From assembly GCA_964585485.1 (NCBI GenBank), contig CAZPDS010000006.1, positions 1 through 62,214 of the forward strand: a DNA stretch of 62,214 nt. Direction: 5' to 3'. Source of the DNA: an uncultured Bacteroidales bacterium. Its GTDB lineage: Bacteria; Bacteroidota; Bacteroidia; Bacteroidales; CAIWKO01. A program made the translations under genes and the position numbers. The notes under the pieces are model-generated. The model was not told where the DNA came from. It was given only the letters and a program-made list of their open reading frames with translations, and did no database searches. Positions 47,293 through 56,311 of the stretch are shown piece by piece. How positions within the stretch are numbered: position 1 is the first letter of the stretch; each line of letters begins with the position of its first letter.

Positions 47293-49077
47293 ATGAAAGC
47301 CTTGACAAACTTACTCGCGATCAGCATCCTCTTCCTCACAGCCTGCAACACCTATTACATGGGCGGAGGCTATGATGACGTCTACTACTCCAGGGGCACC
47401 AACCCTGTTGCGGTAACTACCACCAAAACGGTGGTGGTGGCTGAACCATCAACTACTATTGTGGCTCCGCCCGATCAAACGGCGGTGGTTACAGAAGAGA
47501 AAACCATCATCCTTGATGGCAATAATGCGGGCGAATATTACGGCACCGATCAACAGTCATATACGGACGAAAATGGCACCTCCTATGTCACCAATAACTA
47601 CTATTATGGTGACGAGTTTGTGTATGATGACTATTATGATTATGCTTACTCCTCACGCCTTAGAAGGTTTCATGGTAATTATTATAATTACAACTATTAT
47701 CATGACTATTATACCAACTACTATTGGTATGATTACAACCCCTGGAATTTTGGAACCAGCATCTATTTCGGTTATAACTGGTGGCCTTCCTATTATTATG
47801 GCTGGGGCGGCTGGGATCATTATTACTGGTATCCGCATTATTCCCACTACGGCTGGAATAGCTACCCCTATTATGGATACTGGGGTGGATACGGCTGGGG
47901 ATACGGTAATTACTGGAATGGCTACTGGAATGGCTACTACAATGGGTATAACGACGGACTTTGGGCCGGATCCTACGATAATTACTATTACAACAGCTAC
48001 GACGATAACTCACATTATTATGGTCCTCGTACGGGCAGTGTTGCCGGTTCTTCCTCGAATATCAGTGGTAGTGCCCAGGATAATCTGACTTTTGGACAAA
48101 AATTTGAAAATGCAGTCGCGGCCGATATGGCTGCCGGGAATCGTCCTTCCACCAGTGTTGGTCAGACGATAAACAGTGCTGCCGTTAGCGGACAAGGTAC
48201 CAGCGGCGCCCGTGAGGATAATGTGGGGGCAGGTACCGGAACAGCTGGGCGTACAAGTCCTGCTGCGGTGACCAATGGGGGTAATGTAAATTCAACCACG
48301 CCTTCGTATACGCGCCCTTCGGCAGGTCAATACGACAGCAAGCCCTCTTCCGGAACGGTAAGTCCGTCCAATGGCGTGAACCAACGTCCGGCGAATGGAA
48401 ACACGACTCCGCCGGCCAACAATAATGGCACCTACCAGAAACCGGTAAATTCGGGTACGCAGGCTCCTTCGAATTATCAAAGGCCTGCAAACCAGGCTCC
48501 GGCTACCAATTATCAGCGTCCTTCCTCTTCGGGTTATCAGAAACCTGCAACGGCACCCTCTTATCAGAAACCAGCTACATCGCCCTCTTACCAGAAGCCG
48601 ACAACTGCACCCTCTTATCAGAAGCCTGCAACGACCCCTTCGTACCAGCGCCCTACGAGCAGCACGCCCTCGTATCAGCGGCCGACTCAGAGCTCAGGGG
48701 CGATTCAGCAGCCTAATTCGAATGCAAAACCCTATAACAGCCCGAATTATAACAACCAGGCGAAACCACAGCAGCAATATAAACCAAATACCGCTACCCC
48801 ATCCAACAACAGCAGCTCAGGGAGCAGTCGGCCTTCGTACAACGCACAACCCTCCCATAACAACTCGAACAGCTACCAGCACTCAACACCCGCACCCAGT
48901 CGTAGTGCAAGCCCTTCCTACTCGACACCTTCGCGTTCTTCCGGCAGTAGTTCGGGCAGTAATTCCAGCTATTCGACCCCCTCGAGAAGCTCCAGCAGCT
49001 CATCGTCATCCAGCCACAGCAGTTCCTCAAGTTCGGGGAGTCGTAGCAGTTCGCCCTCCAACGGAAACAGACGTTAA
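47293..49077 (+). CDS. Lipoprotein with an extreme Tyr/Trp/Gly/Asn-rich segment, PSYQKPAT-type repeats and a poly-Ser tail (possibly related to YXWGXW-repeat proteins)
   Basis: Lipobox ILFLTAC. By my count, about 47 Tyr occur in ~144 residues (nt ~47596-48024), including GYWGGYGWGYGNYWNGYWNGYYNGY. The rest is Pro/Ser/Gln/Asn-rich disorder. Start trimmed to ATG 47293. Confidence 0.7.
   Translation: MKALTNLLAISILFLTACNTYYMGGGYDDVYYSRGTNPVAVTTTKTVVVAEPSTTIVAPPDQTAVVTEEKTIILDGNNAGEYYGTDQQSYTDENGTSYVTNNYYYGDEFVYDDYYDYAYSSRLRRFHGNYYNYNYYHDYYTNYYWYDYNPWNFGTSIYFGYNWWPSYYYGWGGWDHYYWYPHYSHYGWNSYPYYGYWGGYGWGYGNYWNGYWNGYYNGYNDGLWAGSYDNYYYNSYDDNSHYYGPRTGSVAGSSSNISGSAQDNLTFGQKFENAVAADMAAGNRPSTSVGQTINSAAVSGQGTSGAREDNVGAGTGTAGRTSPAAVTNGGNVNSTTPSYTRPSAGQYDSKPSSGTVSPSNGVNQRPANGNTTPPANNNGTYQKPVNSGTQAPSNYQRPANQAPATNYQRPSSSGYQKPATAPSYQKPATSPSYQKPTTAPSYQKPATTPSYQRPTSSTPSYQRPTQSSGAIQQPNSNAKPYNSPNYNNQAKPQQQYKPNTATPSNNSSSGSSRPSYNAQPSHNNSNSYQHSTPAPSRSASPSYSTPSRSSGSSSGSNSSYSTPSRSSSSSSSSSHSSSSSSGSRSSSPSNGNRR
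48529..48693 (+). repeat. Six in-frame tandem 27-nt repeats (one is 30 nt) encoding (P/S)(S/G)YQ(K/R)P(A/T)Tx
   Basis: Units start at 48529, 48556, 48583, 48610, 48637 and 48667, read directly. Degenerate NYQRP units precede them. Confidence 0.9.
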
Positions 49078-49101
49078 CGGGTTCATTAAATTGAAGACAT
49101 C

Positions 49102-50532
49102 ATGAAAAAGATTGCATTCATAGTGCTATTGGCAGGATTGACGATGTCGGCCCTGGCACAAAATCAGGTAGATGCTTTGCGATACTCGCAAGTAGTGTAT
49201 GGTGGAACAGCCCGTTCACTGGCAATGGGAAATTCATTTGGGGCACTGGGGGCAGATTTTTCGGTGCTGAGTACCAATCCAGCCGGCATCGGGTTTTATC
49301 GGGGTTCGGAAGTAAGTTTCTCGCCCTCTGTATTCGTGGCCAAATCCTCATCCTCCTATCTGGGAAACCCAAGTGAAGACGTGAAATACAATTTCAACAT
49401 TAGTAATGTGGGTGTTGTCTTTGCTATTATTCCTAAGCGCAGCGAAGCGGCCTGGAAAGGTATACAGATTGGTTTGGGCATGAACCGTCTGGCCAATTAT
49501 AATAAAAATATTATGATGGCCGGTGATAATCACGAAAATTCCATAGTAGACGATTATCTGCATTCGGCTACCGGAACGGCACCGGCCGATCTGGATCCCT
49601 TCAGTACCTGGCTTGCTTTCGACACCTATCTTATCGATACCCTCGGCGATCTTACCCAATACATATCAGCGGTTCCGCGGGGCGGCACCCGGCAATTAAA
49701 ATACATTGAGCAGCGGGGTTCGGCCAGCGAAATCGTTCTAAGCATGGGTGGAAACTACAGCGATCGGCTCTATATTGGCGGAACTTTCGGCTTCCCCTCG
49801 GTTTCTTTTACGGAAAATGTCAGTTATCAGGAAGTCGATGAAGTTGACTCCATCGTCGGGTTTAAGGAAATGAACCTACATGAAAATTTAGAGACGAGCG
49901 GAACGGGCTTTAATTTCAAGCTGGGCTTAATATATCGGATTACGGATTGGGTTCGCGTCGGTGCGGCTTTTCACACCCCAACTTTTTATGAGTTTAAAGA
50001 TTCGTATTCAAAAGGAATGTATTCGGAATTCGACAATGGCAACAAATGGTCGTCGGAATCACCACAGGGATCCTTTAAATACAAACTGAACACCCCTTTA
50101 CGCCTGATCGGCAGCCTTGGTTTTGTGATAGGGAAACATGCTGTAATCAGCGCTGAGTATGAGTGGCTGGATTATTCTGAAGCGCGGCTGCGGGCTAAAT
50201 CGTATAAGTTTTTTGACGAAAATGACGTTATAGAACAGGTCTATACGGGCAGCTCGAACATCCGTGCCGGGGCAGAATTGAAGTTTGCGCCGCTGAGCAT
50301 TCGTGGCGGTTTCCAGATGAGTACAAGTCCTTATAAAGATAAGCTGAATGACGGCAGCCGTATGTCTTTCAGCGGTGGCGTTGGCTTGCGCGACAAGTCC
50401 TATTTCATCGACCTGGCCTATGTGTACAACACCCTTTCGGAGGACTATTACCTATACAACAGTCAGCTTATGGCTTCCGAAAACAGATATTTGAATCACA
50501 ACATTACACTTACACTTGGGTTTAGGTTTTGA
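49102..50532 (+). CDS. Outer-membrane beta-barrel of the FadL/PorV-like superfamily
   Basis: Signal peptide, then DALRYSQ..GGTARSLAMGNSFGALGADFSVLSTNPAGIGFY as seen in Bacteroidota FadL-like barrels. C-terminal ..LTLGFRF. Confidence 0.75.
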   Translation: MKKIAFIVLLAGLTMSALAQNQVDALRYSQVVYGGTARSLAMGNSFGALGADFSVLSTNPAGIGFYRGSEVSFSPSVFVAKSSSSYLGNPSEDVKYNFNISNVGVVFAIIPKRSEAAWKGIQIGLGMNRLANYNKNIMMAGDNHENSIVDDYLHSATGTAPADLDPFSTWLAFDTYLIDTLGDLTQYISAVPRGGTRQLKYIEQRGSASEIVLSMGGNYSDRLYIGGTFGFPSVSFTENVSYQEVDEVDSIVGFKEMNLHENLETSGTGFNFKLGLIYRITDWVRVGAAFHTPTFYEFKDSYSKGMYSEFDNGNKWSSESPQGSFKYKLNTPLRLIGSLGFVIGKHAVISAEYEWLDYSEARLRAKSYKFFDENDVIEQVYTGSSNIRAGAELKFAPLSIRGGFQMSTSPYKDKLNDGSRMSFSGGVGLRDKSYFIDLAYVYNTLSEDYYLYNSQLMASENRYLNHNITLTLGFRF

Positions 50533-50542
50533 TGTTTTGTGC

Positions 50543-50578
50543 AAAAAAAAAGGAGGCTTGAGAGCCTCCTTTTTTTTG
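50543..50578. terminator. Bidirectional rho-independent terminator
   Basis: A9-GGAGGCT-tgag-AGCCTCC-T7 lies between convergent genes that end at 50532 (+) and 50589 (-). Confidence 0.85.
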
Positions 50579-50588
50579 TTTTCAGTAA

Positions 50589-51986
50589 TTACATCATTTC
50601 AATGATGGATTTGTCAATGAGAATCCGGCCACAATATTCGCAGACAATAATTTTTTTGTGCATTTGAATATCAAGTTGACGCTGAGGGGGAATTTTATTA
50701 AAGCAGCCTCCGCAGGCATCGCGTTCAACAAGCACAACAGCCAGGCCGTTGCGGGCGTTCTTTTTAATGCGCTGGTAGGCGTTCAGTAATCGTTCTTCAA
50801 TAAATTTTTGATTGGATTGGAAGGTTTTCATCAGACGATCTTCTTCTTTTTCCGTTTCGGCCACGATTTCCTCCAACTCAATTTTCTTTTGTTTTAAGTC
50901 GTCGGATCTTTCTTTTAAGGTGGCTTTTGCGGAGGAGACAATACTCTTTTTAGCTTCCACCGCCGTAGCAAATTCTTTAATGCGTTTTTCGCACAATTGA
51001 ATTTCCAGATTCTGGAATTCAATTTCTTTCGAGATTGATTCGAATTCGCGGTTATTGCGGACGTTATTTTGCTGGGCTTCGTATTTTTTTATCAGCGTCT
51101 GACAATCCTTAATGCCGGTTTTCTTTTCCTTAATGCTGGCATCAAGTTGATCGGCTTCGTTTTGCAGGTTAACAATGCGTGTTTCAAGACCAGCTATTTC
51201 GTCTTCGAGATCCTGGACTTCCAGGGGAAGTTCACCGCGCACAATTCGAATCTTATTGATTTCTGTATCAACCTGCTGCAGGTTATATAGCGCTACCAAC
51301 TTTTTCTCAATTGTAATATCGCCGGTGTCATCCATGTCAAGCTTTTTGGGTTTCGGGCTAGCCGTCACCTCTGGAGTTTCAGCAATCTTCTTTTCCGCTT
51401 CAGCCGGTTTCTTCTTTTGAGCCGCTGCTTTTTTTGCGGGCTCTTTCGATACCTCTTCTTTTTTTTCGGTTACTTTCTTCACAGGTACTTTCTTTTCAAT
51501 TGGTTTATGAACTGGAGTATTTACTTTCGGTGTTTTTTTCACGGGAGCGGGGATCGTAGTCTTTTTAGCTATTATATTTTTAGCAGGGGCCGCCTTCGCT
51601 GCTGTTTTTTTTACGGGAGCCTTTGCGATTGGGTTTTTCTTCAAGGGCGTTTTTATGGCCGTTGCTTTTTTTGCGACAACTTTTGTTGATGTTGCTTTTT
51701 TTACAGCAACTTTTTTAACCGGAGCTTTTGCGGTGGTGGTTTTTTTTACTGCTTTTTTTGCAACCGCTTTAACCGGGGCGGTTTTTTTTGCAACTTTTTT
51801 TGCCGGCAATTTGGATGCTGATTTAACTGCAGCTTTGGCGGCAGGTTTGGCGGCGGGTTTGACGGTAGCTTTTACAGTTGCTTTTTTTGCGGGGGATTTA
51901 GCTTTGGCCGATGCCTTTGATTTTGCTTTCACCGGTGCTTTCGCCGGGCTTTTTGCCGTTGCTTTTTTTGCTACAGTCTTTGCCAT
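50589..51986 (-). CDS. COG1579/DUF164-type coiled-coil C4 zinc-ribbon protein with a ~215-aa N-terminal histone-H1-like Lys/Ala/Pro-rich extension
   Basis: The C-terminal ..ERDACGGCFNKIPPQ..VCEYCGRIL.. zinc ribbon follows a long coiled coil. The N-terminus is AKKATAKSPAKAPVKAKSKASAKAK.. repeats. The gene lies directly downstream of the Nif3 gene. Confidence 0.8.
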   Translation of the reverse strand: MAKTVAKKATAKSPAKAPVKAKSKASAKAKSPAKKATVKATVKPAAKPAAKAAVKSASKLPAKKVAKKTAPVKAVAKKAVKKTTTAKAPVKKVAVKKATSTKVVAKKATAIKTPLKKNPIAKAPVKKTAAKAAPAKNIIAKKTTIPAPVKKTPKVNTPVHKPIEKKVPVKKVTEKKEEVSKEPAKKAAAQKKKPAEAEKKIAETPEVTASPKPKKLDMDDTGDITIEKKLVALYNLQQVDTEINKIRIVRGELPLEVQDLEDEIAGLETRIVNLQNEADQLDASIKEKKTGIKDCQTLIKKYEAQQNNVRNNREFESISKEIEFQNLEIQLCEKRIKEFATAVEAKKSIVSSAKATLKERSDDLKQKKIELEEIVAETEKEEDRLMKTFQSNQKFIEERLLNAYQRIKKNARNGLAVVLVERDACGGCFNKIPPQRQLDIQMHKKIIVCEYCGRILIDKSIIEMM

Positions 51987-52004
51987 GGTATGATGTATTA
52001 AGGA

Positions 52005-53099
52005 CTACAAATAATGAACAGGGTTCTTTTCCCGCTTTGCAGTGAGGATGACAAAATTAGGAAATTTTTTCGATAAGGCAACTTTAAGTATTTCTTTCAC
52101 ATGGATCTCGGTTTCAAAATGTCCGGCATCAATCAGTAAAATTGCGCCTTCGTTTTCCTGAAAGTCGTGGTATTTGAGGTCGGCTGTAATTAAAGCATCA
52201 ATTCCCTGTGCGCGGGCAGTGGGGATCAAAAAACTGCCAGCGCCGCCGCAGACAGCCACGGTCGAAATCTGTTTTTTTTGGCCTGGAGCGAAGGACAAGG
52301 TTTTTAGCGAAAGTTTTTGCTTTATGAAATGCAGGAAGTGATCAGTTTCCATCGGAACTGGCAGGATTCCGGTAAAGCCTGATCCGGCGAGCGGCGTCTT
52401 GTTTGTGAGGGTGTAAACATCATAGGCCACTTCTTCGTAAGGGTGGGCTGACAGGAGGGCTGATAAAACTTCAGCTTGACGAAAAGCAGGGAATACTGTT
52501 TCGATACGCGTTTCTGGCTCATGATGCAGTATGTTTTTCTTTCCTGCGAAAGGCTTTGCCTTGGCTCCGGCCCGAAATGTTCCAATTCCTTCGACAGAAA
52601 AAGTGCATTGATCGTAGTGGCCAATGGCTCCGGCGCCGGCATCGCCCAATGCTTTGCGAACTGCGTCTGCATATGCGCTTGGGCAGAAGGTCACAAGTTT
52701 CTGCAACAGTCCGCTTTGGGGTTGCAGGATGCGTAGGTTCTTCAGTCCAATTTTTTCGGCCAGTTTTTTATTGAGGCCTTCGGCGGCATTATCGAGGTTG
52801 GTATGAATCGCGTAAGCGGAAATATCGTTTTTGATAAGGGCTGATAGTAGTTTCCCTTTTCCCTCCAGGGGATTGATTTTCTTTACACCTTGAAAAATGA
52901 ACGGATGATGTGAGATGATCAGGTTGCAGTTATTCTGGATGGCTTCGTTGATAATGGGCATTGACAAATCGAGGCAGATCAGGACTCCGTGTACTTCAGA
53001 TTCCGGATGACCCAGGATCAGTCCTGCATTGTCGTAGGATTCCTGTAGCGAAAGCGGGGCCAGCGTTTCGAGGGCATGAGAAAGTTCGTAGAGTTTCAT
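52005..53099 (-). CDS. Nif3-like dinuclear metal-centre protein (YqfO/YbgI family, long form with inserted domain)
   Basis: MKLYELSHALETLAPLSLQESYDNAGL.., ..ISHHPFIF.., ..IHTNLD.. and ..DAGHFETE.. motifs. Size is 364 aa. Confidence 0.88.
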   Translation of the reverse strand: MKLYELSHALETLAPLSLQESYDNAGLILGHPESEVHGVLICLDLSMPIINEAIQNNCNLIISHHPFIFQGVKKINPLEGKGKLLSALIKNDISAYAIHTNLDNAAEGLNKKLAEKIGLKNLRILQPQSGLLQKLVTFCPSAYADAVRKALGDAGAGAIGHYDQCTFSVEGIGTFRAGAKAKPFAGKKNILHHEPETRIETVFPAFRQAEVLSALLSAHPYEEVAYDVYTLTNKTPLAGSGFTGILPVPMETDHFLHFIKQKLSLKTLSFAPGQKKQISTVAVCGGAGSFLIPTARAQGIDALITADLKYHDFQENEGAILLIDAGHFETEIHVKEILKVALSKKFPNFVILTAKREKNPVHYL

Positions 53100-53106
53100 G
53101 CGGTGC

Positions 53107-54945
53107 TTATTCGACGGTTACCGATTTGGCCAGGTTACGGGGCTGGTCGATATTGCAGCCGCGCAAAACTGCGATATGATATGCCAGGAGCTGAAGCGGA
53201 ATGGTAGCAATCATCGGCACGAACATTTCTTCGGTTTCGGGAATTTCGATGGCGTAATCCGCAAGTTCTTTGACGGAAACATCACCTTTGGTAATGATGG
53301 CGATAATTTTTCCTTTTCGGGCTTTTACTTCCTGAATATTGGAAATGACCTTTTCGTAGGTTCCCTTGTTTGTTGCGACAACCACGACAGGCATTTCTTC
53401 ATCGATAAGAGCGATAGGGCCGTGCTTCATTTCAGCGGCCGGGTATCCTTCGGCGTGGATGTAAGAGATTTCTTTCAATTTTAACGCACCTTCCATCGCG
53501 ATCGGGAAATTGTATCCACGGCCGAGGTAGAGGAAATTACGGGCATCTTTAAACTGTGATGCGATTTCCAAAACCTTTTCATTGACCTTGAGTGTTTCTT
53601 CAACTTTAGCCGGGATGCGGTCTAATTCATTGATAAGCTGATGGAATCTGGATTTGGAGATGGTTCCTTTTTTATGAGCAATCATTAAAGCCATAAGCGT
53701 AAGAACAGAAACCTGGGCGGTAAATGCTTTGGTGGACGCCACGCCAATCTCGGGTCCGGCGTGGGTGTAGCTGCCCGCATCGGTTGCCCGGGCAATGCTG
53801 GATCCGACGACGTTGCAAATACCAATAATGGTAGCTCCTTTGCTTTTTGCAAGTTGGATTGCGGCGAGGGTATCGGCTGTTTCACCCGACTGGCTGATGG
53901 CGATCACGATATCCTTTTCAGAAAGGACGGGATTCCGATACCGAAATTCGCTGGCATATTCCACTTCAACGGGTGTCCGCGCCAGTTCTTCAAAAAGATA
54001 TTCACCAACAAGGCATGCATGGTACGATGTTCCACAGGCGATCATGATAATGCGGTCTGCGTTTTTCATCTTTTCTTCGTAGTCCAGAATTCCTCCCAGC
54101 GAAACCACGCCACTAACCAGATTTAGCCGGCCCCGCATACAATCGCGGATGGATCGTGGCTGTTCGTAGATTTCTTTCAGCATGAAATGCTCAAAGCCAC
54201 CCTTTTCCAGCGTATTCAGGTTCAACTCCAGTTTTTGGATATAGGGTGTTTTTTCCTTGTTCGCAATGGTCATGATTTTCAGGTCATCGTGACGATTGAG
54301 GATGGCGATTTCTTCATCATTAAGGTACACGACATTTTTGGTGTACTCCACAATGGGGGTTGCGTCAGAGGCGATGAAAAATTCGTCTTCGCCGATACCG
54401 ATGACCATGGGGCTGCCTTTTTTGGCGGCGATCAGGGTATCGGGATCATCTTTAGCAATCACCACGATAGCGTAGGCACCGATGACCTGATTCAGGGCCA
54501 GCCGGACCGCTTCCACGAGGCTGCAATTTTCGTTTTGTTGAATATCCTCGATGAGGTGCACCACCACTTCCGTATCCGTATTGGAGGCGAAATCATAGCC
54601 ACGGCTTTTCAATTCTTCGCGTAAGGATGCGTAATTTTCAATGATGCCGTTATGGATAAGGGCGATGTTTTTGGATTGGCTGAAATGCGGGTGGGCGTTT
54701 ATGTCGTTGGGTTCGCCATGCGTTGCCCAACGTGTGTGGGCAATACCAATCGTACCGGAGACATCCTTGTCTTTGACAAAGTTTTCGAGGTCTGCAACTT
54801 TGCCTTTCGCCTTATACAGTTTTAGCTCACCGTTAATGATGGCAATACCGGCGCTGTCGTAACCCCGGTACTCCAAACGGTACAATCCTTTTATCAGCAC
54901 CGGATAGGCTTGTTTGGGGCCGATATAAGCAACAATACCACACAT
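53107..54945 (-). CDS. glmS: Glutamine--fructose-6-phosphate aminotransferase
   Basis: MCGIVAYIG N-terminal nucleophile, two SIS domains and the C-terminal ..LAKSVTVE. Confidence 0.95.
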   Translation of the reverse strand: MCGIVAYIGPKQAYPVLIKGLYRLEYRGYDSAGIAIINGELKLYKAKGKVADLENFVKDKDVSGTIGIAHTRWATHGEPNDINAHPHFSQSKNIALIHNGIIENYASLREELKSRGYDFASNTDTEVVVHLIEDIQQNENCSLVEAVRLALNQVIGAYAIVVIAKDDPDTLIAAKKGSPMVIGIGEDEFFIASDATPIVEYTKNVVYLNDEEIAILNRHDDLKIMTIANKEKTPYIQKLELNLNTLEKGGFEHFMLKEIYEQPRSIRDCMRGRLNLVSGVVSLGGILDYEEKMKNADRIIMIACGTSYHACLVGEYLFEELARTPVEVEYASEFRYRNPVLSEKDIVIAISQSGETADTLAAIQLAKSKGATIIGICNVVGSSIARATDAGSYTHAGPEIGVASTKAFTAQVSVLTLMALMIAHKKGTISKSRFHQLINELDRIPAKVEETLKVNEKVLEIASQFKDARNFLYLGRGYNFPIAMEGALKLKEISYIHAEGYPAAEMKHGPIALIDEEMPVVVVATNKGTYEKVISNIQEVKARKGKIIAIITKGDVSVKELADYAIEIPETEEMFVPMIATIPLQLLAYHIAVLRGCNIDQPRNLAKSVTVE

Positions 54946-54951
54946 AATTCG

Positions 54952-56265
54952 TCAATTAAGTTTTGTATATGTAATTTCCAGCCTCAGGTTCGAGGAACTG
55001 GTTTTCGGACCGTTCAGAGCCAAGCGCCCCGCATTAATAGCGGATCCGGAAAGGCCGAGGTAGAGTCCCTTTCCTACGTATTCGTCGAAATAACGAACCA
55101 GGTACTGAATATAGGTTGCGATGTTAAAGCGGTAATCGCCGTTGCTTGTATTATAGGTGCCTCCAAAATAGGCTGTTCCGTAATACTGATCCGGCAGGTA
55201 GCTTAAGGAGCCATCTTCATTGATCATGCTTAGGGTGAGTTGATCCGGCTGTGCATAGCTATTAAGCAGCGAAGGGGTGGGGGTAATGATCAGTTCGGCT
55301 TTGTTAATGACCACATTACCGTTATTAAGTAAGGGCCTTAGGTCCGGAAGGCGAATATAGGTTTTGAGTCCGCACATTCCTTGCAAATAAAGGTTTTGCT
55401 CGCCGCGAACGGTGTCGCCGGCGATTTGCATTTGCAGACTGTGACTAGCGCCTGAGTACCCGTAATGGTCGAAGGTGTTTACGCGGGCACTGTTTTCATT
55501 GATAACGAAATTATAGGTCAGGGTGTCGTAAGCGTCGTTATGATAATACATCACCAATTTTGAGTTTGCCGAGAGCAGGTCGAAATTGATGACGGCGCCA
55601 TTGACGGAAACCGGATCTGCCACCACGTAGAGGCCTTTGAAGAACAGCAGAAAATTAGGATTGTCGGAAAGTTCGGTTGTAGATGCGTTCAGGAATTTCT
55701 GTGCAAGAGAGTTGTTAAGTCGTAGACGTAATTGCGGAGGATAGGCCAGGGTATCGACAAATACGCTGTCTTTAAGATTTGGCTTGAAATGTCCGGTGTA
55801 GAGATCGGTGCTGTTGCACTCAAACCGGTCGGATGAATAGTAATTGCTGTCGATCAGGAAGGTTTCGTTGACTTCAAAAACGCGGGCCGACTGCACGGTA
55901 GTCAGGTCGCCGTAATAGCCGCCGTCGTATTCAAGGCAGAGCACGATTGAGTCTACCACGGGGTTCGTGCCGAAGCTAACGTTATTGTCCGAAAGGCGGA
56001 ATTGAACGTAGAAGCCGGCCGTACTGGTACCGAAGACCGGATCGTGGTAACTACCCATCAGGTTAAGCAGTGTTTCGTCGGTTCGAACGGAGTCGTCGCG
56101 AACGGTATAGGCCGTCAGGCCGCAGGAGTCACCAAAACCAACGGTAATTTTATCTTCGGGGGGTTGGACTTCAAAGCCGATTTCTTCTTTTTTTTCGCAG
56201 GAAACGAGGGTACATAACAAGAGTACGGCAATAGTTGCAGACAGAAAAAAAGCAGATTTTTTCAA
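54952..56265 (-). CDS. DUF4270-like lipoprotein
   Basis: Lipobox LVSC. A 437-aa beta-rich protein. The position between glmS and the glycogen-synthase-like gene is the conserved Bacteroidota context for DUF4270. Confidence 0.65.
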   Translation of the reverse strand: MKKSAFFLSATIAVLLLCTLVSCEKKEEIGFEVQPPEDKITVGFGDSCGLTAYTVRDDSVRTDETLLNLMGSYHDPVFGTSTAGFYVQFRLSDNNVSFGTNPVVDSIVLCLEYDGGYYGDLTTVQSARVFEVNETFLIDSNYYSSDRFECNSTDLYTGHFKPNLKDSVFVDTLAYPPQLRLRLNNSLAQKFLNASTTELSDNPNFLLFFKGLYVVADPVSVNGAVINFDLLSANSKLVMYYHNDAYDTLTYNFVINENSARVNTFDHYGYSGASHSLQMQIAGDTVRGEQNLYLQGMCGLKTYIRLPDLRPLLNNGNVVINKAELIITPTPSLLNSYAQPDQLTLSMINEDGSLSYLPDQYYGTAYFGGTYNTSNGDYRFNIATYIQYLVRYFDEYVGKGLYLGLSGSAINAGRLALNGPKTSSSNLRLEITYTKLN

Positions 56266-56311
56266 TGTTAACGTTATTTAGCAGTTCGGGGTAGAAGGTG
56301 ATGGGGCTCGT

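Noticed and set aside
47459-48088. 209-aa alternative-frame ORF (ITTIIM-type) plus minus-strand ORFs 47653-48013 inside the Tyr-rich gene
   Set aside because: These are by-products of the TAT/TAC/AAT/GGN repeat composition, which leaves several frames free of stops. Only the annotated frame has a lipoprotein signal and continues for the full length.
51417-51993. Plus-strand ORFs (90 and 112 aa, Phe/Ala-rich) opposite the Lys/Ala tail
   Set aside because: They are antisense translations of AAA/GCN repeats (TTT/NGC) and have no independent signals.
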